Below, in pieces: positions 1 to 9,612 of a DNA stretch of 64,000 nt. The DNA comes from Spirochaetia bacterium (GTDB lineage Bacteria > Spirochaetota > Spirochaetia > SZUA-6 > Bin103). The notes beneath the pieces were generated by a model. That model did not search any database. It worked only from the letters and a program-made list of their open reading frames with translations, and was not told the origin of the DNA. Position 1 is the first letter of the stretch. The number at the start of each line of letters is the position of its first letter. Position numbers and translations under genes: made by a program. The stretch is taken from contig CBDBDQ010000005.1 in the NCBI GenBank assembly GCA_965203905.1, positions 544,001 through 608,000 on the forward strand, written 5' to 3'.

Positions 1-1780
1 AGGCCTTGTCGTAGAGCGCCAACTGCTCCTCCCGGTCGGTCGCCGCATAGATCTCGCTCTGGATCACGCGTAACTGCTTCAGGTCATCCGGCGGCTCGAC
101 GCCGTCGGCCCCGGCCGTGTTGAGCCACTTCGACCACTCCCGCTCGGTCTCGAAGCTGGTTGCGAAGAGATTGTTGCTCATGATCGGCACCATCGGTGCA
201 CCGACGTAGTAGCCCACGCGCAGACGCATGTCGTCCTCATCCGCATCCTCGAGCGCGCTCCACGCCGATTCGCCCAGAAACTTGATCGCCACGTTGACCC
301 CCACGGCGGCCCACTGCTCCTTGATCAGCTCGCCGAGTTCCGCGTTCTCCGGCGGCCACGAGGGGTGATAGATGATGAACTGCAGCGGCTCGCCATTGGG
401 ACCGAGACGAAAACCGTCCCTGCCGCGCGCGGACAGACCCACCTCGTCGAGCATCCGGTTGGCCTTGTCGGGGTCGTGCTCGATGTACTGCTTGAACATG
501 GCGCGCTCGCCGTGGTACGGCGGACCCTCATCGGGCCCCAGCTGAGAGGGGGTGTAGCGGCCGCCAAAGAGCAGGTCGTTGATCTCCTCGCGGTTGATCG
601 CGTGGGAGAGGGCGATACGGAAGTTCTTGTCGGCATAGAGCTTGCTCTTCACCGGATCGGAGGTCGTGTGGTTGAAGTAGAGAGTCGACGCGTTCCTCCA
701 CCAGTCGAAGAACTTGACCTTGTAGTCGCCGCGGGACTCGTTCTCCTTCAGGAACGTGAAGTTCTTTCCGGGGTCCAGAAAAGAGGCGAGCGTTACGTCC
801 TCCTCGCCGGCCACGACCTTGAGCAGCCACGCCTCGGTGTCTGCGACCAAGGGGCGCTCCACGCGGTCGATGTAGGGCAGCTGGTTGCCCTCCGGATCGA
901 CCTTCCAGTAGTACGGGTTGCGCACCGCAATCTGCACCGGAGTGGTCTTGGGATTCTGGTTGAGCCAGGGTGCCAGCGTGGCACAGGCGGGATCGTGGAC
1001 TCCCATGGCGGGGCTACCGACGCAGTCCTTACTCTGGTAGAGCTCCGGCCAGGTGCTGAACCCCGCTTCGTTCATCATGCCATCGAGCTTGGTCTGCGAG
1101 GTGTAGGTGGGGTGAAACTGGCTCAGGTAGTGCTTGGGCGCGTACTGCGGCACCCAGTACATCCACCAAGTCCCCATCATGTCGACGAAGGGACTGTTGG
1201 GCTTGCTGAAGTTAAACGTGAACGTCTGGTCGTCGACCTTACGCACCACCATCAGCTTGCCATCGCGGGCGAAGAGGTTGGCGGGCTCCGGAGTCAGCTC
1301 CCTGTTGTTGAGGACGTCCTCGTACCAGAACATGACGTCGTCGATCGTGAACGGCTCGCCGTCGCTCCAGCGCATGCCGTTGCGGAGCTTGAAGGTGATC
1401 ATGGTGCCGTCCGCCGATACGCGGTACTCCTGGACCACGTTCGGCAGCGTGCTCTGGAGATCCGGCGCAATGATGGTGAGCGGCTCCTTGCTCATGGTCC
1501 ACGCCAGCCAGTCAGATTTGTCGGCGTCGCGCACCTGCTGCAGAGCGCCACCGTAGCTACCGATCTCTTCCACCTCGAGCACCCGTGGCACCTCGGGAAG
1601 ACGCTCCTGAACCGGCGGCAGCTCGCCGCTGGCGACCAAGGCCGCGAGCATTGGTGCTTCGCCGTACTGCCCGGTGCGCACCGCCGCCCCGGAATCAGTG
1701 GCCCCCTGTTCGACGGCGGCACCGGCGAAGCTCATCGCCGCAATCAGGGCCAGCACGAGAACGATGAGTGTCGTCTTCAT
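1..1780 (-). CDS. ABC transporter substrate-binding protein, family 5 (peptide/oligosaccharide type); runs off the left edge
   Basis: Not in the ORF track because it has no stop in the window. Read by hand from ATG at 1780, after an AGGAGG RBS: MKTTLIVLVLALIAAMSFAGAAVEQG (signal peptide), then GEAPMLAALVASGELPPVQERLP and GNQLPYID, typical of this SBP subgroup. Confidence 0.9.
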   Translation of the reverse strand, partial: MKTTLIVLVLALIAAMSFAGAAVEQGATDSGAAVRTGQYGEAPMLAALVASGELPPVQERLPEVPRVLEVEEIGSYGGALQQVRDADKSDWLAWTMSKEPLTIIAPDLQSTLPNVVQEYRVSADGTMITFKLRNGMRWSDGEPFTIDDVMFWYEDVLNNRELTPEPANLFARDGKLMVVRKVDDQTFTFNFSKPNSPFVDMMGTWWMYWVPQYAPKHYLSQFHPTYTSQTKLDGMMNEAGFSTWPELYQSKDCVGSPAMGVHDPACATLAPWLNQNPKTTPVQIAVRNPYYWKVDPEGNQLPYIDRVERPLVADTEAWLLKVVAGEEDVTLASFLDPGKNFTFLKENESRGDYKVKFFDWWRNASTLYFNHTTSDPVKSKLYADKNFRIALSHAINREEINDLLFGGRYTPSQLGPDEGPPYHGERAMFKQYIEHDPDKANRMLDEVGLSARGRDGFRLGPNGEPLQFIIYHPSWPPENAELGELIKEQWAAVGVNVAIKFLGESAWSALEDADEDDMRLRVGYYVGAPMVPIMSNNLFATSFETEREWSKWLNTAGADGVEPPDDLKQLRVIQSEIYAATDREEQLALYDKA

Positions 1781-1853
1781 CGTATTCCTCCTAATCGTCA
1801 GGACTCGAGAGTCACGGACCGAACAGTAACCGTACTGTGTATCTCGATGAGTG

Positions 1854-2900
1854 TCAAACCACCACTCCGGCCAGCTCGAGCTCTTCGGCAAAGTGGCAGG
1901 CGGCAAAGTGGGGGTTGCTCGGATCTTTGCCCACATCGACCAGTGCTGGTTCCTTCTCTCTGCAGATCTGCTGCGCGAAACGGCAGCGCGGGTGGAAGTA
2001 GCACCCAGAGGGCGGATTGGCAGGATCGGCGATGTCCGCCGCGAGCAGAATACGCTGCTTGCGGTAGCGTGGGTCGGGCTTCGGCACCGCCGAGAACAGC
2101 GCCTCCGTGTAGGGATGTCTTGGCTGGGCGAACAGCGTCCGAGTCGAGGTCAGCTCCACGATCTTGCCGACATACATCACCGCGACACGCTCGCTGAAGT
2201 ATTCCACCACGGCGAGGTTGTGGGCGATGAACAGGTACGCGAAGTGGTAGCTCTCCTGCAGATCCTGCAGCAGCTCCAGGATCTGCGCCTGCACGGAAAC
2301 GTCCAAGGCCGACACCGGCTCGTCCGCGACGATGAACCTGGGCATGAGTGCGAGGGCACGGGCGATGGCGATGCGCTGGCGCTGACCGCCGCTGAACGCG
2401 TGGGGGTAGCGCATCATGTAGACCGGGTCGAGCCGCACCATCTTCAGCAGCTCGGCGACGCGATCCTCCAGCTCCCGCCGGTTGGTTACCGTGCGATGGA
2501 TGACGAACGGCTCGGCCACGGTCTCGAACACGGTCATGCGCGGATTGAGCGACGAGTAGGGGTCCTGGAAGATCATTCCCATCTGGGTCATGACTGCTTT
2601 GAGCTCGCGGCGGCCGAGCGTGGTGATCTCCACGGGCGCACCGGTGCCATCCGCCCGAAAGCGAATCTTACCCGACGTTGGCTCTACCCCGCGCTGAATA
2701 CAGCGGCCGGTGGTGGTCTTGCCACAGCCGCTCTCGCCGACCAGGGCGAAGGTCTCTCCCGGTTGCACGGAAAAGCTCACATCGTCCACCGCCTTCACCG
2801 TGCCGCTCACCTGGCGCAGCAGCCCGCGGGTGCGCAGGAAGTGCTTCTTGAGATTCCTGACCTCCAGCAGCGGTTCCAGCGCCGGGCCCTGGTCACTCAC
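1854..2900 (-). CDS. Oligopeptide/dipeptide ABC transporter ATP-binding subunit (OppF/AppF-like)
   Basis: Walker A GESGCGKT, signature FSGGQRQR, Walker B VADEP, C-terminal HPYT and GCYFHPRC. Confidence 0.95.
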   Translation of the reverse strand: MSDQGPALEPLLEVRNLKKHFLRTRGLLRQVSGTVKAVDDVSFSVQPGETFALVGESGCGKTTTGRCIQRGVEPTSGKIRFRADGTGAPVEITTLGRRELKAVMTQMGMIFQDPYSSLNPRMTVFETVAEPFVIHRTVTNRRELEDRVAELLKMVRLDPVYMMRYPHAFSGGQRQRIAIARALALMPRFIVADEPVSALDVSVQAQILELLQDLQESYHFAYLFIAHNLAVVEYFSERVAVMYVGKIVELTSTRTLFAQPRHPYTEALFSAVPKPDPRYRKQRILLAADIADPANPPSGCYFHPRCRFAQQICREKEPALVDVGKDPSNPHFAACHFAEELELAGVVV

Positions 2901-3921
2901 CGACGTCTTCCCTTACCGGGTGGTCCTGGTAGAGATAGCAGGCGACGCTGTGGCGGGATCCCACCGGCTGCAGCCGAGGGACCGCAGCATCGCAGACGCC
3001 CGGCATGAATTCCGGGCAGCGCGGATGGAACAGACAACCGCTCACGCGCTCGACGTGGGTCGGCACGGCCCCCTGGATCGGATGGATCTTCTGGGTAGCA
3101 CCTTCGCCGAGCTTCGGTACCGACTCCAGCAGGCCCCGCGTGTAGGGGTGCTTGGCGTCGTAGAAGAGGTCGTCTACCGGCGCCGACTCAACCTCCTGGC
3201 CCAGGTACATGATCAGCACGTTGTCAGCCAGCTCGGCGATGACCGCCAGGTCATGGGTGATGATGATAAGCGCCATGCCCAGGTCTCGCTGCAGGTCCTT
3301 GATCAGCTCCAACACCTGGGCCTGAATCGTCACATCGACGGCCGTCGTCGGCTCGTCGGCGATCAGCAGCTTGGGTCGACAGGAGAGCGCCATGGCAATC
3401 ATAGCGCGCTGGCGCATGCCGCCGCTCAGATTGAACGAATAGGCGTCGATGATCTGCGCCGGCTGCGGCATACCCACGCGCGCCAGCAGCTCGATGGCCT
3501 CGTTGCGCGCCTCGCGCTTGGTCACGTGTTGGTGCAGCATGATCGCTTCCATGATTTGGTTGCCGATAGTGTGCATCGCCGAGAACGAGGTCATCGGTTC
3601 CTGAAACACCATGGCAATCTCGGCGCCGCGGATCTCCCGGATGGCGCTGCCCTGCGGATCGAGCGTCACCAGGTCGATGCGTCCCTGGCTGGGCGAGTCG
3701 AAGAATATGCTGCCGGCGATGATGGCGCCGTTCTTGGGCACGATACGCAGAATCGACTGCGTGGTGACGCTCTTGCCGCAGCCGCTCTCCCCGGCGATGC
3801 CGAGCGTGTCACCACGGCCGAGGCTGAAGCTCAATCCGTCTACCGCTTTGACGGTCCCTTCCCGGGAGAAGAAGTGGGTCTTGAGACCCTCGACGCTGAG
3901 CAGCGTGGCCTCGTGCGACAT
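2893..3921 (-). CDS. Oligopeptide/dipeptide ABC transporter ATP-binding subunit (OppD/DppD-like)
   Basis: [26 protein letters not shown]. Start trimmed to MSHEATLL (ATG 3921); ATG 3936 is an alternative. Confidence 0.95.
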   Translation of the reverse strand: MSHEATLLSVEGLKTHFFSREGTVKAVDGLSFSLGRGDTLGIAGESGCGKSVTTQSILRIVPKNGAIIAGSIFFDSPSQGRIDLVTLDPQGSAIREIRGAEIAMVFQEPMTSFSAMHTIGNQIMEAIMLHQHVTKREARNEAIELLARVGMPQPAQIIDAYSFNLSGGMRQRAMIAMALSCRPKLLIADEPTTAVDVTIQAQVLELIKDLQRDLGMALIIITHDLAVIAELADNVLIMYLGQEVESAPVDDLFYDAKHPYTRGLLESVPKLGEGATQKIHPIQGAVPTHVERVSGCLFHPRCPEFMPGVCDAAVPRLQPVGSRHSVACYLYQDHPVREDVGE

Positions 3922-3935
3922 CGTATCCCCTGCCA

Positions 3936-5066
3936 TCAGACCGTCGCGTACGGGTCGGCGGCGTCGCGCATCCCATCGCCGAGGAAGTTGAACGCGAGGA
4001 TCGATACGATGACGAACAGCGCCGGGATCAGCAGCCACGGGGCGCTGGCGAGCACCCGTATTGCCTGCGCATCCTTCAGGAGTACCCCCCAGCTGATCGC
4101 CGGGGTTCGCAGGCCGAGCCCGATGAAGCTGAGGGCGGTCTCTCCGAGGATCATGCCCGGAACCGATAGCGTAAGAGAGGCGATGATGTAGCTGTACAGC
4201 GACGGCAGCAGGTGCTTGCGGATGATGTAGCCGCGCCCGGCGACGTGGATCTGCGCCGCCAGCACGAAGTCCTCTTCCCGCACCGACAGAAACTTGCCGC
4301 GCACGACGCGCGCCAGCGAGGTCCAGCCGACGAACGAGAGAATCACGACGATCGCGAGGTAGAGCTGCACCACGGTCCAGTGGGGCGGCAGCGACGCGCT
4401 CAACCCCATCCACAGCGGCAGTGTCGGAATAGAGCGGAGAAACTCGATCAAGCGCTGGATGATGACATCCACCGGGCCGCCGAAGTATCCCGAGATGCCC
4501 CCGATCAGAATGCCCAGCACGAAGCTCAGCGCGATCCCCAGCAGCCCGACGGTAAGCGAGACGCGGCTGCCGTGAATGATGCGCGAGAGCAGGTCCCTCC
4601 CGAGCGAATCGCCGCCAAACAGGTACGCCCGGCCGCCGCGGAAGCCGAACAGATGGATACTGCTGTCGAACAGACCCCAGAAGCGGTAGGGGTCGCCGCG
4701 GACGAACAGCGCCAAGGGGTACCGCTGCTCCTCGTCGATCGAGTACTCCTTGCCGTACGTGACCGGGTTGATCTGCTGCTTCAGCCCGTAGACGAATGGG
4801 CGTAGGTGAAAACGGCCATTGAGCTCCACGAAACGGGGTGCCTGCGGCGGTTGCAAGATACGCTCGGCGTCATGCATGCGGGGATCGTGTGGCGCCACGA
4901 GCTCCGGGAAGAGCGCCCCCAGGTAGAACGCGACGAGCACGACCAGTGCCACCACCGCCAATCGGTGGCGGACGAATTTCCACCTGATCAGCTGCCACTG
5001 CGAGGCAACGAAGAGTCGTTCCTCGGAGGGCGCGCTAGCAACCGTCGGCGGTGCCGATTGCGCCAT
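3936..5066 (-). CDS. ABC transporter permease (OppC-like)
   Basis: GxDSLGRD motif, multiple TM segments, EAA-like loop, C-terminal GDGMRDAADP. Confidence 0.93.
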   Translation of the reverse strand: MAQSAPPTVASAPSEERLFVASQWQLIRWKFVRHRLAVVALVVLVAFYLGALFPELVAPHDPRMHDAERILQPPQAPRFVELNGRFHLRPFVYGLKQQINPVTYGKEYSIDEEQRYPLALFVRGDPYRFWGLFDSSIHLFGFRGGRAYLFGGDSLGRDLLSRIIHGSRVSLTVGLLGIALSFVLGILIGGISGYFGGPVDVIIQRLIEFLRSIPTLPLWMGLSASLPPHWTVVQLYLAIVVILSFVGWTSLARVVRGKFLSVREEDFVLAAQIHVAGRGYIIRKHLLPSLYSYIIASLTLSVPGMILGETALSFIGLGLRTPAISWGVLLKDAQAIRVLASAPWLLIPALFVIVSILAFNFLGDGMRDAADPYATV

Positions 5067-5069
5067 CGA

Positions 5070-6056
5070 TCAGACCGCCTCGCGGATGCGCGGATCCAGC
5101 CACGCCAGCAGGATGTCGGAGATCAACGTTCCCACGACGGTCAGTACGCTCAAGACGAAAATGATGCTTCCGGCCATGAACATGTCCTGACTGAGGAGGG
5201 CAGTTAGCAAGACGGGAGCGATCGTCGGCAGACCCAGGACGATCGAGGTCAGCAGGGCACCGTTCACCATCTCTGGGAGGGTGTACCCGATGGTGCTCAC
5301 CACCGGGTTCGCAGCGGCCCGAAACGGGTACTTGTAGAGGAGCCGCCTCTCGGCCAGGCCTTTGGCGCGAGCCACCATCACGTAGGGTTTTTGCAGCTCG
5401 TCGAGCATGTTGGCGCGCATGATGCGAATGAGGCTGGCGGTGCCGGCAGTGCCGACGATGAGCGCAGGGATCCACAGGTGAGACAGCAAGTCCAAGACCT
5501 TCCCTACGCTCCACGGCGCCGTGAGGTAATCTCTGGAGAACAGGCCTACCGCCGCATTGCCCGTCCACAGAAAGAACAGCCACAGGAAGACGAGGGCGAA
5601 CAGGAAGTTCGGCACCGCCAGCCCGATGAAGCCGATCGTCGTGAACACGTAGTCGCGCGCCGAATATTGATTGATGGCAGAGGTCGTGCCGATGGGAATG
5701 GCGAGGATATACACGACCAGCAGTGAGCTGAAGGCGATCAGGATCGTCCAGGGCAACCGCTCGAGCAACAGGGTCTTCACCGGTTGGTTCCAGGCGAACG
5801 ACCGTCCCAGGTCGCCGCGGAGGAGGTGCGAGGCCCACTTCATGTACTGGATGTGGACCGGCTGATTCAATCCGTAACGATCACGCAAGGCATCGATCTG
5901 GCCTTGTTCCACGATCCGCCCGAGCTGCCTGAGGCCCGCGACGTAGGTATCCACGTAGTCCCCAGCCGGCGCCTGGATGATCAGGAACGACAGCATGGAG
6001 ACGGCGATCAGCGTGGGAACCATGAGCAGCACGCGACGGACGATGTACTTGATCAT
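5070..6056 (-). CDS. ABC transporter permease (OppB-like)
   Basis: N-terminal YIVRRVLLMVPTL, GDLGRS, ARAKGL, C-terminal LDPRIR. Confidence 0.93.
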   Translation of the reverse strand: MIKYIVRRVLLMVPTLIAVSMLSFLIIQAPAGDYVDTYVAGLRQLGRIVEQGQIDALRDRYGLNQPVHIQYMKWASHLLRGDLGRSFAWNQPVKTLLLERLPWTILIAFSSLLVVYILAIPIGTTSAINQYSARDYVFTTIGFIGLAVPNFLFALVFLWLFFLWTGNAAVGLFSRDYLTAPWSVGKVLDLLSHLWIPALIVGTAGTASLIRIMRANMLDELQKPYVMVARAKGLAERRLLYKYPFRAAANPVVSTIGYTLPEMVNGALLTSIVLGLPTIAPVLLTALLSQDMFMAGSIIFVLSVLTVVGTLISDILLAWLDPRIREAV

Positions 6057-6128
6057 GTGGCGTTAGCTCTTGTACCATCCACGCCTCATTCCTTCAAGCG
6101 AAGTCACCTTTGCTCACCCTACCTCGCC

Positions 6129-6221
6129 TCCACCGTGGCCACCTTTCTGAAGGCAGCCTCGAGGTCGCGGCCACTGACGATCGTGCTCGATGATCTGCAC
6201 TGGACGGACAAGCCGACGCTA
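6129..6221 (+). pseudogene. Fragment of an AAA/STAND-type ATPase (Walker B region)
   Basis: Translates STVATFLKAASRSRPLTIVLDDLHWTDKPTL, matching the hhhDDLHWAD motif of LuxR/adenylate-cyclase-associated ATPases. No start codon or rest of gene. Confidence 0.6.
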
Positions 6222-6278
6222 CACTGCGATCAGGGTCGGGATCATGAGCAGAACGCGACGGACGACGAGCTTCGTCAT
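6219..6278 (-). pseudogene. Truncated second copy of the OppB-like permease 5' end
   Basis: Translates MTKLVVRRVLLMIPTLIAV* versus MIKYIVRRVLLMVPTLIAV in the intact gene. Upstream TTCCTTCAAGCGA is also repeated (6089-6101 and 6316-6328). Confidence 0.8.
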
Positions 6279-6402
6279 CCAGCGTGAGCTGTCGTGTCAA
6301 ACAACGATGCCTTTTTTCCTTCAAGCGAGGGCGTGCCCGAGCCCCTGGAAGCAGTGCGCCATGCGTGGCCAGCCCATGCGCTCGTCGATCTTGCACATAC
6401 GC

Positions 6403-6431
6403 TTGTATGCCCTGGAGGCCGCGGCTATACT
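6403..6431 (+). promoter_or_regulatory. Putative sigma70 promoter of the BNR/GH127 genes
   Basis: TTGTAT-N17-TATACT, ending 29 nt before ATG 6461. Confidence 0.5.
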
Positions 6432-6460
6432 GAGCACCGCAAGATGGCGAGGCCCACAGT

Positions 6461-7660
6461 ATGGCGGTAGAGAAGTTCACGATCTCACGGGACGATAGCG
6501 TATATGAGGCCTTCCCCGACTTGTGCCTCACCGATAGTGGCCGCGTGCTGCTGGTATATCGCGAGAGCAACGGACACGTCGCCAGCGAATTCTGCCGCCT
6601 CGTCGTCCGCTCCAGCGACGACGCGGGACGCACCTGGTCCGAGCGTCGAGTGGTCCGTGAAGAGGACCGGTCATCTGGCGTGCTTACAGCGTGGAACTGT
6701 CCGAAGATCCAACAGCTTCAGGATGGTCGCGTGGTGCTGACGTGCGACAAGGTCGACTTTCCACCCGGAGAGTGGGGCCATGGCATGGGCAGTCCACACA
6801 ACGCGCTCTGGTTCAGTGAGGATGAAGGCCGCACTTGGTCGGAGCCGGTGCACACGCCGGTGGGGGGAATCACCCCCGATAAGATCACCGAGCTGCCCGA
6901 CGGCCGCTGGCTGCTGCCAACGAGCGTGCGCCACGAGGAAACGGGACAGGTGTTGCAGCAGATAACCAGCAGCCCGGACGGTGGGCAATCGTGGGGTGCC
7001 CCGGTGGTCATCTGCGAAGACCGGCGCTACGAGATGTGCGAAGCCAGTGTCGTGACATGTCCGGGTGGAGAGTTGGTGGTCTACCTGCGCGAGAACAGCG
7101 GCCAGCGCAGGCCCTTGCAAAAGATGATCTCCACAGACGGCGGAGCAACTTGGGAGGGACCCTATGCCACGCTCAATCCGGCCGCCCAGGGCATGCCGGT
7201 GGCTGGGCTGACGCGGGACGATCTGGTGCTCGTTACGGGCCGCTTCACGCTCGACTGCGACTGGCGCGTCGACGACAGCGAGGAGACGATGCAGCGGCGG
7301 CTCGCCAGGCGGTCCGTTGTCATTCCTCAGGTGCCCGCCAACGAGGACTTTGTGGCGGGGCTCAAAGAGGACGCGGGGGTGGTAAAGACAGGCACCGAAG
7401 TGATCAGCGCGATGGGCCGCACCTCCATCCATACCTTCGCCTTCATCGAGCCCCTGGCAAGCGCGCTCGAGCCCGACGTCGACTCCCAGAAAGGTTTGCT
7501 GCTGCCGCTGGACCTGGACAACAACAACCTCGGGGCGGACAGCGGCTACACGGGATGGGTTGAGTACGAGCCGGGCCGTTTTCTGGTCGCGGCGTACATC
7601 AATGCCGATGCGCCATTGGCGCAGATTCGCGGGTACCACTTCGGTCTGGAAGATTTCTGA
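6461..7660 (+). CDS. BNR/Asp-box beta-propeller protein (sialidase-family fold)
   Basis: Asp-boxes SDDAGRTW, SEDEGRTW, SPDGGQSW, STDGGATW; C-terminal DSGYT; YEAFP where sialidases have FRIP. Confidence 0.8.
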   Translation: MAVEKFTISRDDSVYEAFPDLCLTDSGRVLLVYRESNGHVASEFCRLVVRSSDDAGRTWSERRVVREEDRSSGVLTAWNCPKIQQLQDGRVVLTCDKVDFPPGEWGHGMGSPHNALWFSEDEGRTWSEPVHTPVGGITPDKITELPDGRWLLPTSVRHEETGQVLQQITSSPDGGQSWGAPVVICEDRRYEMCEASVVTCPGGELVVYLRENSGQRRPLQKMISTDGGATWEGPYATLNPAAQGMPVAGLTRDDLVLVTGRFTLDCDWRVDDSEETMQRRLARRSVVIPQVPANEDFVAGLKEDAGVVKTGTEVISAMGRTSIHTFAFIEPLASALEPDVDSQKGLLLPLDLDNNNLGADSGYTGWVEYEPGRFLVAAYINADAPLAQIRGYHFGLEDF

Positions 7661-7711
7661 GTACGGACTTTCGGGTGGTTCATGCCGGTGAACTAGTGCA
7701 GGGGGCATGTC

Positions 7712-9598
7712 TTGAGCGATATGAGGAAAACTACGTGTCCGGGACGGCTTTACGAAGCAACGGTGCCCGATACCCTCGAGCTGGTAGATCGAGCAGAGAT
7801 TGGCCTAAACGGTATAGGTGGAACGATAGACCCAGATTTGCACCACGAGCTCTTTTTCCACGTGTACTATGCATGGAAAAAGCCTTTCATGCGACACTAC
7901 GCCATGTGGGGCACGGATGATGCCAAAAGCGCAGAATCCTTTCCTTTAATGCGGGTGATGTGCGGGAGTGATCGCTATGCTGATGTCGAAGCAACACAAA
8001 ATGCCACGCTGATCTCGCGCATCCAAGACGGCCTCTACTGGGACCTCTACGATCCGCAGCAACCCTGGCAGTTTCGCTATAATCTCAACTCGGAATTCGA
8101 TGGCGCCATCCGCAACGAGGACGTATCCCAGCCGCACGGTAACGCGCGGATGCTCAGAACCATGCTCACGTGGCGTGAGTTCGACAATGATACGCAGTGG
8201 GATAGGTACATCGGGGACCTCGTACGAGGCATGAGAAGAATAGCAATCGATCATGAAGACTACTGTTACTACCCTGACGGCGGTTTCGGCCAGGCTTTCA
8301 ACTACCCTCGCTCCGGATGGCTTAGAACCGACGAACCAGAAACTGAAACCGAAGGCGGAGAGGGAACAGTCGTTGGCTTTCATGGAGCAGCAATAGAGGG
8401 GCTTTCTCGCTGGTATTCGGTAAGCGGCGACCTCCGAGCCCGGGACCTTGCAGGGCGCTTGGCCCGGTTCTGTATGTTGCCCAAGTTTTGGGGAGGGATT
8501 CCCGATCCAAACCGGCTCATCGCCGGCCAGAAGCACGTGCCAGAGAGGCTTCCCGATCCTGTCGGTATAGCCGGACATGAGCTGGGCCACTGGTATTCGT
8601 TCTTTCACAGCCGTGCTATCGCGCTACGGGGACTGCTTGCCTATGCCAGCGTTGCCGGTGATGAGCGTGCGCTCGAGTTTGTCCGGAGGGCGTATGAATA
8701 CACCTGGAGCTTCTCTATCGCCCGCATCGGTTGGATCAACAACTTTCCTGGTGCATGGAATCTCTGCGAGGGATGTTCCCTGGGCGATATCGTCGCCCTG
8801 GGAATACGGCTGACTGATTCAGGCGCAGGGGACTACTGGGACGACGTGGATGCAGTTGTTCGCAATCATTTGACTGAACAACAGATTATCAGTGCTGATC
8901 TGCTGGAAACAGTTTCGAGTGCATCCAGTGTGCGCCCTCCTGAAGACTACAGCCCCTACCCGAAACAGGAATGCGAAGAACACGTCATCGAGCGGAGTCT
9001 CGGTTGCTACGGATGCCATTCGACCCCCGTGAGCATCCCGAAACCGTGGGTATCCCAATGTTGTACGGCAAACGGTACGCAAGGTCTCTACTATTGCTGG
9101 GAAGGTGCGGTTCGGGAGGAAAATGGCACGGCGACGGTAAATTTGTTGTTGAACCGCACAGCGAAATACCTGGATGTCGATAGCTATCTTCCGTACCAGG
9201 GAAAGGTCACGATTCACAACAAGAGTGCCGCTAGAGCTTACGTGCGGATCCCTGCGTGGGTGATGCGCAGGAATATTCTGTGCGACGTCTCAGGAAGGCG
9301 CCGAGGTCCCACCTGGATGACAAACTACCTTCGATTCGATGATCTCAAGCCGGGTGACGAGATTCATATCGAGTTTCCGATCAAGGAGACCACCGCACGT
9401 TACACTGCTTGCTCGGGGACCAACACGGAAGAGGCCTACACCTGCACATTCCGCGGCAGTACGCTGGTAGACATTTCTCCACGCGACGACTCACCTGTGA
9501 GCTATCCTCTGTACCTTCGGGAGCACATGCGCAAGGATACCACCCCGATGAGGAAAAGGATGAGGTTCCTACCGGAAAAGACCATTGTCACATGGTAA
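7712..9598 (+). CDS. GH127/GH146-like glycoside hydrolase (beta-L-arabinofuranosidase-like)
   Basis: E-x-C (CEGCS) and CC (QCCTANG) motifs; C-terminal domain with SYLPYQGKV and VRIPAW; visibly more AT-rich than the backbone. Confidence 0.65.
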   Translation: MSDMRKTTCPGRLYEATVPDTLELVDRAEIGLNGIGGTIDPDLHHELFFHVYYAWKKPFMRHYAMWGTDDAKSAESFPLMRVMCGSDRYADVEATQNATLISRIQDGLYWDLYDPQQPWQFRYNLNSEFDGAIRNEDVSQPHGNARMLRTMLTWREFDNDTQWDRYIGDLVRGMRRIAIDHEDYCYYPDGGFGQAFNYPRSGWLRTDEPETETEGGEGTVVGFHGAAIEGLSRWYSVSGDLRARDLAGRLARFCMLPKFWGGIPDPNRLIAGQKHVPERLPDPVGIAGHELGHWYSFFHSRAIALRGLLAYASVAGDERALEFVRRAYEYTWSFSIARIGWINNFPGAWNLCEGCSLGDIVALGIRLTDSGAGDYWDDVDAVVRNHLTEQQIISADLLETVSSASSVRPPEDYSPYPKQECEEHVIERSLGCYGCHSTPVSIPKPWVSQCCTANGTQGLYYCWEGAVREENGTATVNLLLNRTAKYLDVDSYLPYQGKVTIHNKSAARAYVRIPAWVMRRNILCDVSGRRRGPTWMTNYLRFDDLKPGDEIHIEFPIKETTARYTACSGTNTEEAYTCTFRGSTLVDISPRDDSPVSYPLYLREHMRKDTTPMRKRMRFLPEKTIVTW

Positions 9599-9612
9599 GC
9601 GCTAAAGGATAA

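Noticed and set aside
365-2197. 610-aa plus-strand ORF and the many other long antisense or alternate-frame ORFs (e.g. 2710-4191, 46329-47792, 57147-59054)
   Set aside because: They overlap genes with clear family motifs and have none of their own; high GC3 makes stop codons scarce in shadow frames.
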